From Eledone cirrhosa (taxonomy: Eukaryota): a stretch of 64,000 nt of DNA. The stretch spans positions 29,512,001 through 29,576,000 of the forward strand of contig OZ024742.1 in NCBI GenBank assembly GCA_964016885.1. Reading direction: 5' to 3'. The notes beneath the pieces were generated by a model. The model ran no database searches, was not told the origin of the DNA, and saw nothing but the letters and a program-made list of their open reading frames with translations. Shown in pieces: positions 14,886 to 29,093 of this stretch. Each line of letters begins with the position of its first letter. Position 1 is the first letter of the stretch. The position numbers were made by a program, and so were the translations under genes.

Positions 14886-15708
14886 CAACTATATTTCACC
14901 TTTCCTTGACCATGCGTATCTTTAATCAAAGGTTGTGATGTAAAGAAAATATTCTGACATATTTATATTAATTTATTTATTTATTTGTAAAATTAATCGG
15001 CTTTTGAAAGGCAGAACTGCGCAAGTCACAATGATGAGCGGAAGTGATGCTGCAGGAAGTCAATTGAAATGATTGAAGTTATAAGTTTATTTGATGTTGT
15101 TGTTTTATTATAAGATCTTATATAATATTTCGCTATAATTCTATTGTGATGCTTAATAATAAAAATATAAACCACGAAACATTAGTATTTGGTGTTCTCA
15201 CATGACAACTGAGGTCGCTGTGACATGATCATTGTTTACCGTACTATGGAAACACTTGTGTATATTTATGAGGTCAACTTTGTCTTTCACCCATTCAAGG
15301 TTGATAAAAAAGTACTAGTTTAGTACTAGCGTCGATTCTTCCTCTATATCTCTTTCTCACTTCCATTCTTTCACTCTCTCTATTCTTCTCTCGAAGAAAT
15401 CTGCTCTATTCAGACCTGGAGAGGAAATGGGCTCCGTCAGGTATTTAAAAAATGCCCTAGAAACGCCGTGTGTCAATATGGCGCCCCTACGATTCCATCG
15501 GGAGTTATGGGGGAAAAAAGCAAAAAACATTATGTGTTATACTAAAACTTATTTCGGACGCGCCGTTCTATGAGACTTTCTCTGCCACTATCCTTGTTGC
15601 TTTGGTCACTAATCCGAGTTTAGCTGCCTGCAGTGTGGAAGAGAGGGAGACCATTAAATACAGGGGACTGTCGACGAATAAAGAAATAAGGAAATAAGGA
15701 AGGAAAGC

Positions 15709-15773
<65 letters not shown>

Positions 15774-15845
15774 TGTAGTAAGGTGTATTATTGGTTGTGT
15801 AAAACGGTCCAAGAAATTTATGTTAGCAATATTAAGTTCTCCACG

Positions 15846-15894
<49 letters not shown>

Positions 15895-15897
<3 letters not shown>

Positions 15898-16047
15898 TTG
15901 CGAGGTTTTTTATATGAAATCGTGTGTCGAAACAAATATTGTTATACTTGGGGAGGGTCATATTTGTGTAATATTACCAGAATTAATAACATGTTATTAA
16001 TTCTGGCAATATTACACAAATATGACCCTCCCCAAGTATAACAATAT
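15895..16047. mobile_element. Short family A fold-back, loopless centre AACATGTT
   Basis: Arms 15936-15991 and 15992-16047, 41-nt tail, (TA)n flanks. Confidence 0.85.
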
Positions 16048-16057
16048 ATATATATAT

Positions 16058-16100
<43 letters not shown>

Positions 16101-16224
16101 TATGCGGTACACAGACCTGTGTGACCACAAATCAGGGGAGTACTCTATGAAATAAGGAAAGCATGTATATATATATATATGAAGAGAGAATGAGAGAGCG
16201 AGAGAAAGAGAGAGAAAGAGAGAG

Positions 16225-16400
16225 AAGGTATGCGGTACTGAGACGGGAAGTACTCTATGCATGGGAAGCAGATTGGGTATAGAGGAAAGTAAAAACCGGA
16301 CCACAGCGCCAAACAGTTCCGGCTTGTATTCAAAAGCCAAAATACAAGCCGAAACCGTTTGGTGTCGTGGTTCGGTTTTTACCTTCGGGTTTTTACGTTT
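16225..16400. mobile_element. Fold-back element family I in (GA)n/(CT)n
   Basis: AAAAACCGGACCAC...GGCTTGTATT / AATACAAGCC-GAAACCGTTTGG...GGTTCGGTTTTT; tail with AGTACTC; related pieces at 16100-16165 and 20495-20600. Confidence 0.55.
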
Positions 16401-16639
16401 CTCTCTCTCTCTCGCCCCCACCCCTCTCTCTGTATATACATGTATTTATATTTTTATCGATGATTCCGGAAAAATAAAAAAGCAATGTTGACGGGAATTG
16501 AACCCAGTGCGTAATAAGCCGGAGTAAATGTCGCTAGATATTTTGTCCTATCTTCTGGTGATTCTCACAATCCACCACCCTCATATAATAAACATATATT
16601 AGTTTAGACACTGTGATCAGAAAATTGGAACCGAACCAA

Positions 16640-17620
16640 TCATACAAATAGTTAGGAGTAGATGGAACTGATAAGATACAACACAGAGAAATGAAGGAGA
16701 AAATTAGAAAAGAATATAACAGTAGAGTTATACTAATATTAAACTCAATGCCAGAAAACTAAGATTACAGATATAAATAAACTAGCCATCCCAATAATAA
16801 ACTACAGCTTCAATATGATCGATTGGAACTTAATTGAACTGAAGAAATTGGATTGGAAAACCAGAAAACTACTCGTAAGATTTCGAGCCCACTGTGCTAA
16901 GCTGATGAAAATAGATAAAATATAGGTAATATGCGTACAGGGTCGGACTGATATAATAAGGAAATGTTACATATTAACTACAGTGGATCTTGAAAAAATA
17001 GCTAGAAACAGGCAAATATAGACTGATTAATACGGTAAAGAAACCTGAAACAAAAACTTTCTCATTACATAAAGCAACAATAGAATACAGATTAGACGCT
17101 AATTCGAATGACGTAAAATGTTTAGATAAGGAGAAAACGAGCGAAGGGAAGATAAATAAGAAAAGACGTAATGAAAACGTAACTCAAGAAATTTCTAAAG
17201 TGATAATAGAATGAATGAACTCTCCTTGGTCAATACCCTGTAAGTCTGGATAGACAGGAAGTGGGTGATCTAATGTGGAAATCAACAATGGCTGAAAAGG
17301 CTTGAACTAAAGACAGAAACGCAAATATGATATTAACTTCTAAAAATCAATTCTTGGACATAAAACACTTCAAAAATAAAACCATACAATAATGGTACAT
17401 CAACTGCAAACAATATAAAGAAACAGTTGGTCACACCACTTCTGGATGTCAAGTCATTGCAAGTAAAATCTAACATTTATTCGGCTATGATTTAGTATGT
17501 ATATAAAACTTGTGGAATATATATAGAGTGTAGACACCCTTCCTTCACATGAACGATGAGATTATGTGGTATAACCAACGACCTAATCATATAATTAACA
17601 ATGACTGATGCTGCAACGGA
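16640..17620 (+). pseudogene. Degenerate R4/Dong-like (restriction-like endonuclease) non-LTR fragment
   Basis: Translatable patches EMKEKIRKEYNSRV, INKLAIPIINYSFNMIDW and ETVGHTTSGCQVIAS resemble R4-clade post-RT and CCHC regions; many stops. Confidence 0.55.
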
Positions 17621-17927
17621 AAAGCAGGTACGTAGAAGGGAGCTGAGCAGTACCTAATGACCAATGACCATCTATAGATGTGACCTCTACAACAGTCTGT
17701 CATGCCCACACTGGTCATTTCAACCAGAGTAATACTAACTGATTAATGAGAACACATATAAATGTGACCTCTACAACAGAGACTGTCACACCCACGTTGG
17801 TCATTTTAGTCACAGCAATACCAACTAACCAATGAAAATATATAGCTTTGACCTCTACAACAGAGACTATGACTCCAAAATTGGCTTTTATTTATCAGGC
17901 AGTAGCGACGCTGTTCCTAAAATATAT

Positions 17928-18356
17928 CTTCTCTTCTGCTTCTTCGCCCACTTATTCCTGGGAGGGTCGTGGTAGCAGAGTCCTCAAACACTCCTTCCAG
18001 CAGGTCCTCTCAGAAGCAACCGTCTCCTACTGATCCGGCTGCATCCCCAATCGAGACTAGCCCAGCTCATGGATGTTAGCCAACCATCTTGCTCGGAATT
18101 TACCCCTGGCTCTTCTGTCGGTTGGTTTTGCTCGTAAAATCTGTTCAGTGATTCTTTCTTGAGATATTCTAACAACGTACCCATAGTATCGGATCTGTGA
18201 TCTCTCAATTCGGAGAAGTAGCGGTTCTACCTGGAGCTACGCACTCTATCAAGTAACGTTGCTCCAAAGACCCTTTGAAGGAACCCACATTTCGGCCGCT
18301 TGTATTCGTGATCGTATTCTTTCGGTCATTACCCAAAATTGATGACCATAGGTAAT
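17928..18356 (-). mobile_element. RTE-clade LINE 3' fragment
   Basis: TYGHQFWVMTERIRSRIQAAEM and RARWLANIHELG; homologous to 38020-38180. Confidence 0.7.
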
Positions 18357-18814
18357 ATGTCTGAAAAGACAAAAGAAAATCTGCATCAGAAATGCAGTGT
18401 ATTGTCTGATTTGATCTAAATTAACCTTTAAAAAACTTTTTACAAATTCTTTAGAATGAAAATAAGAAAGATGTTGTAGTTTGAGACTAATAAACAACAG
18501 AAATAAAAATTAATGCAATTATTATATTAGCAAAGAGCACGTTTAAAAAGATGAAAAGCACACCTCTGTTCTTAATTCTATACAGAATCCTTAAATATAT
18601 TTCTACTTAGTACAACACATATTCTATGCAAGACACTTCAGCTAGAGTTTCTAAGCAATCAATTCATCTTAGATATAAACTACATGTATTATCTACAGAA
18701 ACACCTTCCAATGTTATACAGATTATTTTCTCAATAAACAACAGCAATATTAATCTAAGAAACAAAACTTAAATATTAAAATAAAAGAATTAACACAACA
18801 CATCAAATTAGATA

Positions 18815-18891
18815 TAAACACTAAACACTAAACACTAAACACTAAACACTGAACACTAAACACTAAACACTGAACACTAAACACTAAACAC
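18815..18891 (+). repeat. (TAAACAC)x11 heptamer array
   Basis: Direct reading; two units are TGAACAC. Confidence 0.9.
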
Positions 18892-18974
18892 GTTTGTGTT
18901 TAACTATAGGAGAAAAAATATCCTTGGGAAGAAAGGGGAGAGTGCGTTTGAACACCAGTGGAGATATATCACTA

Positions 18975-19285
18975 ATGGTGATGGTGATGATGATGATGAT
19001 GGTGGTGGTGGGAATGATGATGACGATGGTGGTGGTGGTGGTGGTGGTGGTGGGAATGATGATGACGATGGTGGTGGTGGTGGTGGTGGTGGGAATGATG
19101 ATGACGATGGTGGTGGTGGTGGTGGTATTGGTGGTATTGGTGGTGGCGGTGGCAATGATGATGACGATGTTGGTGATGGTGGTGGTGTGGGTGATGATGT
19201 TGATGATGATGATATTGGTGGTAAAAGTGGTTGCATTGGGGGTGGTGGCGGCGGCGGTGGGGATGATGATGATGATGATTATGAC
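18975..19285. repeat. (GGT/GAT)n tract
   Basis: Direct reading. Confidence 0.9.
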
Positions 19286-19304
19286 TAGAATAACCAAATA
19301 ATGG

Positions 19305-19460
19305 TTTCTGATTTAGGCACACAAGGCCAGCAATTTGGAGGGAGGAGAATGTTGATTAAATCGACCCCAGTGCGTAACTGGTACTTTATTTTATTGACCC
19401 AGTAAGGATGAAATGCAAATCGGCGGGATTTGAACTCAGAACGTAAAGGGCCATAACTCT
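19305..19460 (-). mobile_element. tRNA-SINE family 1 copy
   Basis: CTGGTACTTTATTTTATTGACCC..AAGGATGAAA..GGATTTGAACTCAG. Confidence 0.7.
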
Positions 19461-19502
19461 ATATAACTGAAGACATTAAAATGAAATACAATGTAACATT
19501 AA

Positions 19503-20158
19503 TTACTACTGTTACTACAACCACTACTACTACTGTTACTACAACCACTACTACTACTGTTACTACAACCACTACTACTACTGTTACTACAACCACTACT
19601 ACTACTGTTACTACAACCACTACTACTACTGTTACTACAACCACTACTACTACAACTATTACTACTACTGTTACTACAACCACTACTACTGTTACTACGA
19701 CCACTACTACTACTGTTTCTACAACTACTACTACTACTGTTACTACAACCACTACTACTGTTACTACAACCACTACTACTACTGTTACTACAACCACTAC
19801 TACTACTGTTACTACAACCACTACTACTACAACTACTACTACTACTGTTACTACAACCACTACTACTGTTACTACGACCACTACTACTACTGTTTCTACA
19901 ACTACTACTACTACTGTTACTACAACCACTACTACTGTTACTACAACCACTACTACTGCTGTTACTACAACTACTAGTACTGTTACCACAACTACTACTA
20001 CTGTTACCACAACTACTACTACTACTGTTACTACAACTACTACTACTGTTACTACAACCACTACTACTACCGTTACTACAACCACTACTACTGTTACTAC
20101 GACCACTACTACAACCACTACTACAACCACTATTACTGTTACCACAACCACTACTACT
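19503..20158. repeat. (ACT)n-derived minisatellite, unit GTTACTACAACC(ACT)3-4
   Basis: Direct reading; source of the poly-T/V ORFs. Confidence 0.9.
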
Positions 20159-20445
20159 TTCAAATCCCGCCGAGGTTGACTTTGCCTTTCATCCTTACGT
20201 ACCAGTAATGCACTGGATGATTGCTGGCCTTGTGCCTAAAGTAGAAACAATTAATTATAGAAGGTGGATTGGCAGTATCGGTAGAGGGTCGGACGCAGCA
20301 CAGTTACGTCCCTTTACGTTCCGAGTTGAAATCCCGCCGAAGTTAACTTTGCCTTTCATCCTTACGGGGTCGATAAAATAAAGTACCAGTAATGTACTGA
20401 ACATTGCTGGCCTTGTGCCAAAAGTAGAAACAATTAATTATAGAA
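20159..20445 (+). mobile_element. Two tandem tRNA-SINE family 1 copies
   Basis: AAATCCCGCCGA(G/A)GTT(G/A)ACTTTGCCTTTCATCCTTACG at ~20162 and ~20329. Confidence 0.75.
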
Positions 20446-20877
20446 AGTTGGCAGATAAAGGCGAAATTGCTTGGTCTCTGCTGAGCTGAGACTGAGGAGA
20501 CCATAAATCATGGGAGTACTCCGTGTATGAGGTAGAGAGGTATGTAAAATCCCGAACGCGGTACCAAGCGGTTTCGGCTTGGCACCGCAGTTACAATTTT
20601 ACAACTCTCTCTCTCTATGTATCTATCTTTCTATCTATCTATCTATCTATCTCTCTATCAGACGTGTGTCACTTCGCGGAGAAGTTTCCGTTAATTTATG
20701 TAAGGAAAAAACGTGAGTTTTTAGTTCAATTTTATATCATTGTGTAACTTGACCACCCGTCTGGACCTTCAGGTGGTGGGTCAACTCATTTTCGCCCCTA
20801 CAGGGGCGGAATATCCATTTAAAAAATTTTTCTCCATCGAATCTTGGAAAAAAATATTGTAAAATTTTGATTACGTT

Positions 20878-22772
20878 ATGAACGCTGCGTCCAACGATAA
20901 TGGTGGTGGAGAGGCGGTAAGACTACAAAGCTCGCAGTCAACAACGTCTTCTTCACTAGATACTATAGAGATGGAAAGACAAAATGAAAATAAAAAAACG
21001 AATTCACATCCAAACAACACAAATGACACCAAACAGCTCAATGACAACAAAAATAACAGCAAAACCAATAATGATGATAAAAGCAACAATGATAACAACA
21101 ACAAAGAAAAAAATAAAGACAACGCCAATAACACCAGCATCAAAGACAACAACAACACCAAGGAAAATACGGATGATACCAACATCGGTGACAACAAGAA
21201 TAACAACAATAATGACAACACCACCAATACGGATTCCACAAAGAAACCAAAAATCTCCTTTGCGGAGAAAGTTCAAAAGAAAGAACAATTGATATATCTC
21301 GACATAACAAATGCTGAACACCTTTTAAAGGACGCTAAGAGATATGTCACCTTCGAAAAAAATGGTGCTTTCAGCATCAATTCTCCGGTAGAAATTCGCA
21401 AGGAAACTGCTCTCAAAACGATAGTTTTTAGGACAGTTTCCAATTCTACCCGAAAACCAGTCCAATTGTCACAGAAAGATATTGAACTGGTTTTCAAAGA
21501 TTCAATGAATTCATTCAAAGAAGCAAACTTTTTGGGAGTATTTCGGTACTGATGAAGGATCAATTGACGGCCCAAAATTACTCTGTGTCGCCAATTGTAT
21601 CCAACCTGTACACCTTTTTCCCTACATACATGGGAAAAAGGACACAAAAGATCAGAATCACAAGTGTCACACCAAAGGTGAACATATGGTGGATACTGTG
21701 CGGCTTCATCAATTTTGATGAAGACAGAATACTGTCAGTAGGCAAGTCCCCCAGAGATGTATTCAATGGGACTAGCATTGAAGTTCTGGTGCAAATGAGC
21801 CCAGAGCGAATAGCTATGATCCCACAGCGTGTACTCCTGGACGGACTTACCTACATAAACCTTTCGGTTGAGGGTAGGCGGCCTTCATGTTACCATTGCT
21901 TTAGCAGGGGTCACCTGAGGGCTTCCTGTCCTAAACTAATGAACCAAAAAAAGGCTCTTCTGCCAACACCCATCAAAACAACACAACCACCAACACCATC
22001 ACTACAACAACAACACCAACACACAAAAATAACCACAACAAACACAGTCCCACCCAACCTCACTCCACCTAAAACCACTGCAAAATCACATACAGACACA
22101 ACAGCTCCCCAAGACATACCCCTCCCCAATCACACAGACGATACAACAGATGAGGCTATCTCGCCATCACCCAGTGAAGACGAGGGAGAACCCCATCGCT
22201 CGAAAAGAAAGAAAAGACATCACAAAAGCAAAAAACCAGCAAACACTACCACAAACATACAACCACCAACACAAACAACAAAAATATCACAAACAAAACC
22301 CCCACCTCCTGAAAACAAAATACCTACAACAAAACGAAAGCACACACAAGAACTACAGACAAAAACAAACACAACACAAGAAAATTACACTTACACTTAC
22401 ATAAACACTGAAAACAAAACACTAATGGAGACCATTACGAACGACCCTTCGGCTTTCACCGAAGGGAAAACTTTCGCCCACTCTATAAAAAATAGCAAAA
22501 AAATGAACCTAAAACTGATTAGGGTCCCTATACAAACTTATAGGTCCCTAAAAGAAACATTTGAGAAGGATGTGGGGAATTCCTGCGTGAAACCACTCAA
22601 CCGCGTCCTTCTCAAATGCCTCCCCACCCCAGACACCCCCATCCCACCAGACCCCACCCCACCAAACATCTGCGTCCCCACCCCGCCGGAAACCACCACC
22701 CATCCAGACAACCCCTCCAACACCCCCATGGAAATCGTGCGGCCTGGTCCCCAGGAGGCGAAGGGTGAGTGA
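20878..22772 (+). pseudogene. ORF1 (gag-like, CCHC zinc knuckle), frameshifted near 21510
   Basis: CYHCFSRGHLRASC; the alternative frame FIQRSKLFGSISVL aligns with FIRKDRLYGSISVL of copy 2, indicating a small deletion. Confidence 0.85.
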
Positions 22773-22805
22773 TCTCTTTTCCTCTTTTAACTTTTCAGCA
22801 CCAAC

Positions 22806-25800
22806 ATGGCCAATATAAGAGTTGGATGTGTGAACGTACGCGGCCTGGGGATGCCCTGGAAACAGGGCAAACTCTTAAACGACCTCAGGTCGCACAGTTT
22901 GGATGTGGTAGCCATTTGCGAGTCCAGGATCCACGGCGAGCGACAGCTGGCCCCCATCTTCGATGACTTTGAGATCTACGCATCTCTCTGTCAACCGGGG
23001 GGTGGGGGCGGAGTTGCCGTTTTGCTGCGGAAACACCTGGGCCTCGTAACACAGACGGTACATCTGGACCCGGAGGGTCGACTGGTGGTCCTAGACGTTG
23101 ACGGTAGTGAAGGTGGAGCGTTCAGGCTGGTGGCCGCATATGCCCCATCCGGGACACCGCGGCCAGACTTCTTCAAACGTCTAGAGACTTTTCTGGGAAC
23201 GTCCCGCTCCTTGCTTTTAGTGGGGGACTGGAATGGAATCCTAGATGCACGTTGGGACTATGTGGGAGCATGTCCCGATAAAGGGGGGTGTAACAGCCTC
23301 AAACAGTTAATCGACCGATTTGACCTGGCCGATAGATATCGACTAGATTTTCCGACTGCGCCACTGTGGACGTGGAGTAATCGTAGCGGAACATCTAGAT
23401 CGTACCTAGATAGGGTTCTAGTTAGAAATAAGGATAGGGACATGTTAAGCTGTCCACAAATGTTCATGGTTGCCTATTCGGATCACAAACTAGTGACCTG
23501 CATGGCCAACCTTGATAGAACCCATAGACAAGGACCCGGCTACTGGAAGCTGAACTTGTCGTTACCGACAAGCAAAGCCTACAGTAGACGGATTAGCACT
23601 TTAGTTAAACAGCACTTGACAGGGGCCATTGTCAACAACAGATGGTGGTACTCTCTCAAGAGGGCAGTTAGATTAGACTCGATAGTTTTTAGTAAAGAAT
23701 TAGCGTTAGATAGAAATAGAACCGAGAAGGAACTGGTAGATAAAGTAGAAGAGGCTATTAGAAGTGGCAACGTAGCCAGCGTGCTAGCAACGAGAACGGC
23801 CTTGGACCAGTTCTTCGACGCAAAGCACGAGGGCTGCGTTGTCAGAAGCAAAATACGTGCTCTGGGAAACGAGGGAGCCAAAGCTGTTAGCTGGGCCCGA
23901 GTGACGGAGGCAAAAAGTGGCAACAAGTCCACGATTCGGTCTTTGAAGGACCAAAACGGACGCGTGATACGTGAGCCGAAGCAGATGTGTGCGGCTTTTC
24001 AGCGGCACTTTGCTCGGCTGTTCGGGGGGAGCGGCGCGCCGGGAGAGGCTATGGATTTCGGTCCATACCTCGACGGCCTACCGCGACTCTCGGACAGCGA
24101 GGCGAAGTTCTGCGAAAAGCCGATTTCAGCCACTGAGATAGGGGACGCGCTGAGCCAATGCGGCAAACGCAAATCTCCAGGTCTCGACGGTCTACCCTAC
24201 GAATTTTACGTAGCAATGCCGGACTTATTCTCCGGTCTCCTGGAAGCGGTCTACTGCAACTGGCAACAGAACGGGAGAATTCCCAGTTCTGTAACCGGGG
24301 GCGTGGTCACACTAATCAGGAAGGACGAGAATAAGGGGGATGACATAGGCAACTTCCGGCCCATAACTCTGCTAAACACAGAGTTACAGATTTTGGCCAA
24401 GGTGTTGGCAAAGAGGCTGGCGCTTGTCGTCGAGAACCTGGTGGGAGAAGCGCAGACATGCGCGATCCCGACCAGGTCCATACACGACAACCTCCACCTC
24501 ATGCGATACATCATAGAGAGGGTAGGGTGTAAACCCGGCTTCGGTGGGGCCCTGATCAACTTGGATCAGTCTAAGGCTTTCGATAGGGTTGACCATCGTT
24601 ACCTGGATGCGGTGCTCGAGGCGGCAGGCTTCGGACCCGTGTTCAGGGGCTGGATTGCTGCAATGCACAACAGCAACATCTGCTCAAGGGTCAAGGTGAA
24701 CGGTTACCTCTCGGAGCCGTTCCATATTACGCGATCCATTCGACAGGGATGCCCTCTCTCCTCCCTTCTGTACGTACTGACTCTCGAGCCACTACTGCGG
24801 AAGCTGGAGCTATTGCAGGGCATCCCTCTGGAACCGGGACTGCGGAAAGCGGCGTCGGCCTACGCCGACGACGTGACAGTAATGGTGTCGAGCGCCTCGC
24901 AAATCGAGAAAGTCGGCACCTTACTAAAGGAATACGAAAGTCTCACAGGAGCGAAGCTGAACCGGGACAAGTCCATCGGTTTGCAACTCGGATCGTGGAG
25001 AGGCAGACCGATGCCTTCCGATGGCGTCGTCGGACGCTGGACGGAAGGACCGGTAAAGCTGCTCGGGGTCTGGTTTGGTCCGGACCTCCAGGTGGAGAAG
25101 AACTGGAACGAAGTGACGGCCAAGGTGTTTGCACTCACCCAGAAGTGGGCCGAGTGCAAACTATCCTTGAAAGGTCGAGCGGAGGTGGCGAACACTTTTA
25201 TAGCGTCCGCCATCTACTACCGCTTGACCGTCGTGCCTTGTCCAGCCAAAACGCTCGCCAAAATGGAGCGCGCCCTCTTCCGATTCCTTTGGAAGAGGCG
25301 GGCTCCTTTGGTAAGAAGATCCATCTGCTGCCAACACCCTTCTAACGGAGGGCTGGGGATGCCGTGGTTGACGATGCGCAAACACGCGCTCAGGCTGCGG
25401 CATCTCTACGTATTCCTCACCGGACAACCGGTGTGGGCCCCGTTCGTGAGGCGAGCCTTCCCACGACTCGTCTCACTGACCGAGCTGCAGTCCTGGGTCA
25501 AGCAGAGACCTAGGAAAATGGGCGACTGGCACATCGAATGTGCTCAGGCGCTCACAGCCCTCTGGCAGGCGGACCCGGCGATCAGTGGAGACTCCACTTC
25601 GTCATTCTATAGAGGGTTGGTCCGCAGCAAGTGCGACGACGCGCTCGGTGAAACTCTAGGCGTGGAGGAAGATGAACTGGCCAGTCTGTTCGGTAGGACC
25701 TTCCGCCCGGGACCGATGGACAACTTCCAAAAGTCCCTGGCCTGGCAGTGCTACCGAGGAGCTCTACCAGTTCGAGACAAGCTCTACAGACATGGGCGCC

Positions 25801-26243
25801 CGGGCAGGGACCCTGCAAAAAAGATCTGTCCGAGGTGCGTGCGAGACGAAGAAACCGTCGCGCACGCATTCATACACTGCCCGGGCGTCACTGACCTGTG
25901 GGGATATGTAGAACGACTATTGTCGCGGGTGGGACCAATCCAGTTGACCACCGAGTCCATTGTCATGATCAAACCGCCACCCTCCTTCAAAAACGAAGGA
26001 GAGGCGGTTTTCCTTTGTGTGATAGCTATGGCGAAAGAGGTTGTATGGTGGACAAGGTTGAAAGGGCTGAGGTCAGACACCTTTCTCTCCGGCCAACAAC
26101 TGATTCTTTTTTTCAAATACCACTTTGGAAGAAGAATCAGGATGGAGAGAGAGGTGCTGTACCGCAGCAAGTTTTATGAAAGGTGGGTGAAAGTGGCGAG
26201 AATGGCCCGAGTGAATGGGCCTTCTCTCTATATCAGCCTGTAG
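22806..26243 (+). CDS. Intact 1145-aa ORF2: AP endonuclease + reverse transcriptase + C-terminal Zn motif
   Basis: NVRGL, GDWN, SYLDRVL, SDHKLV (APE); KSPGLDG, FRPITLLN, DQSKAFDRV, RQGCPLS, AYADD (RT); CPRC..ETVAHAFIHC. Confidence 0.96.
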   Translation: MANIRVGCVNVRGLGMPWKQGKLLNDLRSHSLDVVAICESRIHGERQLAPIFDDFEIYASLCQPGGGGGVAVLLRKHLGLVTQTVHLDPEGRLVVLDVDGSEGGAFRLVAAYAPSGTPRPDFFKRLETFLGTSRSLLLVGDWNGILDARWDYVGACPDKGGCNSLKQLIDRFDLADRYRLDFPTAPLWTWSNRSGTSRSYLDRVLVRNKDRDMLSCPQMFMVAYSDHKLVTCMANLDRTHRQGPGYWKLNLSLPTSKAYSRRISTLVKQHLTGAIVNNRWWYSLKRAVRLDSIVFSKELALDRNRTEKELVDKVEEAIRSGNVASVLATRTALDQFFDAKHEGCVVRSKIRALGNEGAKAVSWARVTEAKSGNKSTIRSLKDQNGRVIREPKQMCAAFQRHFARLFGGSGAPGEAMDFGPYLDGLPRLSDSEAKFCEKPISATEIGDALSQCGKRKSPGLDGLPYEFYVAMPDLFSGLLEAVYCNWQQNGRIPSSVTGGVVTLIRKDENKGDDIGNFRPITLLNTELQILAKVLAKRLALVVENLVGEAQTCAIPTRSIHDNLHLMRYIIERVGCKPGFGGALINLDQSKAFDRVDHRYLDAVLEAAGFGPVFRGWIAAMHNSNICSRVKVNGYLSEPFHITRSIRQGCPLSSLLYVLTLEPLLRKLELLQGIPLEPGLRKAASAYADDVTVMVSSASQIEKVGTLLKEYESLTGAKLNRDKSIGLQLGSWRGRPMPSDGVVGRWTEGPVKLLGVWFGPDLQVEKNWNEVTAKVFALTQKWAECKLSLKGRAEVANTFIASAIYYRLTVVPCPAKTLAKMERALFRFLWKRRAPLVRRSICCQHPSNGGLGMPWLTMRKHALRLRHLYVFLTGQPVWAPFVRRAFPRLVSLTELQSWVKQRPRKMGDWHIECAQALTALWQADPAISGDSTSSFYRGLVRSKCDDALGETLGVEEDELASLFGRTFRPGPMDNFQKSLAWQCYRGALPVRDKLYRHGRPGRDPAKKICPRCVRDEETVAHAFIHCPGVTDLWGYVERLLSRVGPIQLTTESIVMIKPPPSFKNEGEAVFLCVIAMAKEVVWWTRLKGLRSDTFLSGQQLILFFKYHFGRRIRMEREVLYRSKFYERWVKVARMARVNGPSLYISL

Positions 26244-27139
26244 ATTGAGGAAAAGGAGGAGGAGAGGAAAGGAGTACAAGCTCTTCGTACTCCTGGAGAT
26301 GAGGGTTGCACATTTTTTCGGGGGTATGTGTTACCCATATAAACTGTCTCCCTCTATTGGGGAAAATCGACTAACTTTTAAATTCCATCTGTGATAACAT
26401 TTTACACGTTTTTATTGTATGTAAACTTCCCCCTTTGTATTTGTCCCCTTCTTTTGTGCCCCTGTGGCTAATAAAGAAATATATCTATCTCTATCTATCT
26501 ATCTTTCCCTCTCTTTCTTTCTCTCTCTCTCTCTTTCTCTTTCTCGTCCTATCTCCACCTCTCTCTCTCCCTCTCTCTCTCTCTCTCCCTCTCGCTCTCT
26601 CTCTCTATCTATCTATCTTTCTCTCTATCTATCTATCTATTTTTCTCTCTCTCTCTCTTTCTCCCCTCTGTCTCTTTCTCCCCCCCCCCCCCTCTTTCTC
26701 TCTCTTTCTATATATATATTCTTCAGTCACCCCTCCTCTTTCGAACGTGAAGCATTTATTTTGCTTTGTCTAATGGCTAGAATATATGCGGCTCACCACA
26801 CCTGCATAAACATCCAAGCCACCGATGTCATCCAAGAGAAAAGTAATGACCGATACAGCTTGGCACCAGTCCTATCATCTCTTTTCTGAAGCTGAGTAAA
26901 CTGGAACAACGTGAAATAAAGTCTCTTGCAGCATAGTCTCGTTGAATTCTGTAAGTAATATCAAAGTGAGATGACCAAACTGACGAACTGGGCGAGCATA
27001 TTTAGAGCCTCTCTCAGAAACACGTCTATTCCGAAAATGTAATGTCGGTGTAATAAAAAAATTGTTCGGATTTGTATGTTTGACACTCCTGGTAAGAAAC
27101 TCTCAGGAGAGCTGGACAGCAGAAGGTCTTCAGAGAAGA

Positions 27140-27328
27140 CACCCCCTCAACTGAGCTGCTGATGTTTCTACAGCTATTTCCGAACTGTATAAATAGCTGT
27201 AGAAACGGCAGGAGCTCAGCCGTCGGGGACCCGAATAGTTCATAGTACCATACCCTACTACCCCATATATCGAGTAGTCTGGTGAGTAATTGTCCAACAG
27301 GTTTTTACAGCATCTATTCTGTTTTATA
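27140..27328. mobile_element. Diverged family B-like fold-back with tail
   Basis: GTTTCTACAGCTATTT / AAATAGCTGTAGAAAC-GGCAGGAGCTCAGCCGTCGGGG; tail with TATCGAGTAGT. Confidence 0.55.
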
Positions 27329-27478
27329 TCTATATACATATATATATATGTGTGTGTTTATATATTTACATATTTATATATATATATATACACACACAGA
27401 CATACACATATATATTATATATATATCTATATATATATAAATATATATATAAATAGATATATATATATAATACATATA

Positions 27479-28132
<654 letters not shown>

Positions 28133-28137
28133 ATCTA

Positions 28138-28732
<595 letters not shown>

Positions 28733-28804
28733 CTCTCTCTATATATATATATATAAATGAAAGGTATAGAAAACATTGTAGCGAAAAGCCAACAGTATTC
28801 CATA

Positions 28805-28870
<66 letters not shown>

Positions 28871-28873
<3 letters not shown>

Positions 28874-29061
28874 CGAAAGAAATGTGGTAAGGAACCAGGA
28901 GGACCATAATGCACCAAAGTACTCAATACTTAGGGTAGTAGAGTGGGTAATAGGAACGAGTAGGAACCCGACGGCTGAGCTCAAGCCGTTTCGACGGCTA
29001 ATTCTGGACAGAATTAGCCGTCGAAACGACTTGAGCTCAGCCGTCGGGGTCTTAATTGTTC

Positions 29062-29065
<4 letters not shown>
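28871..29065. mobile_element. Fold-back element family B
   Basis: Same centre, tail and GTTCCTAT end as 7159-7356. Confidence 0.85.

Positions 29066-29093
<28 letters not shown>

Larger units (their letters stand above)
20660..26480 (+). mobile_element. Near full-length Tx1/L1-type non-LTR retrotransposon, copy 1
   Basis: 5' UTR, ORF1, ORF2 (APE-RT-Zn), 3' UTR ending TGTCCCCTTCTTTTGTGCCC..AATAAAGAAAT; flanked by (TATC)n/(TC)n. Confidence 0.92.

Noticed and set aside
21505-21555. Programmed frameshift or TGATG stop-start coupling in ORF1
   Set aside because: Copy 2 is open across this point, and alignment shows a small deletion in copy 1.
22765-22798. 34-nt intron fusing ORF1 to ORF2
   Set aside because: Very short, and removing it leaves the ORF2 ATG out of frame.
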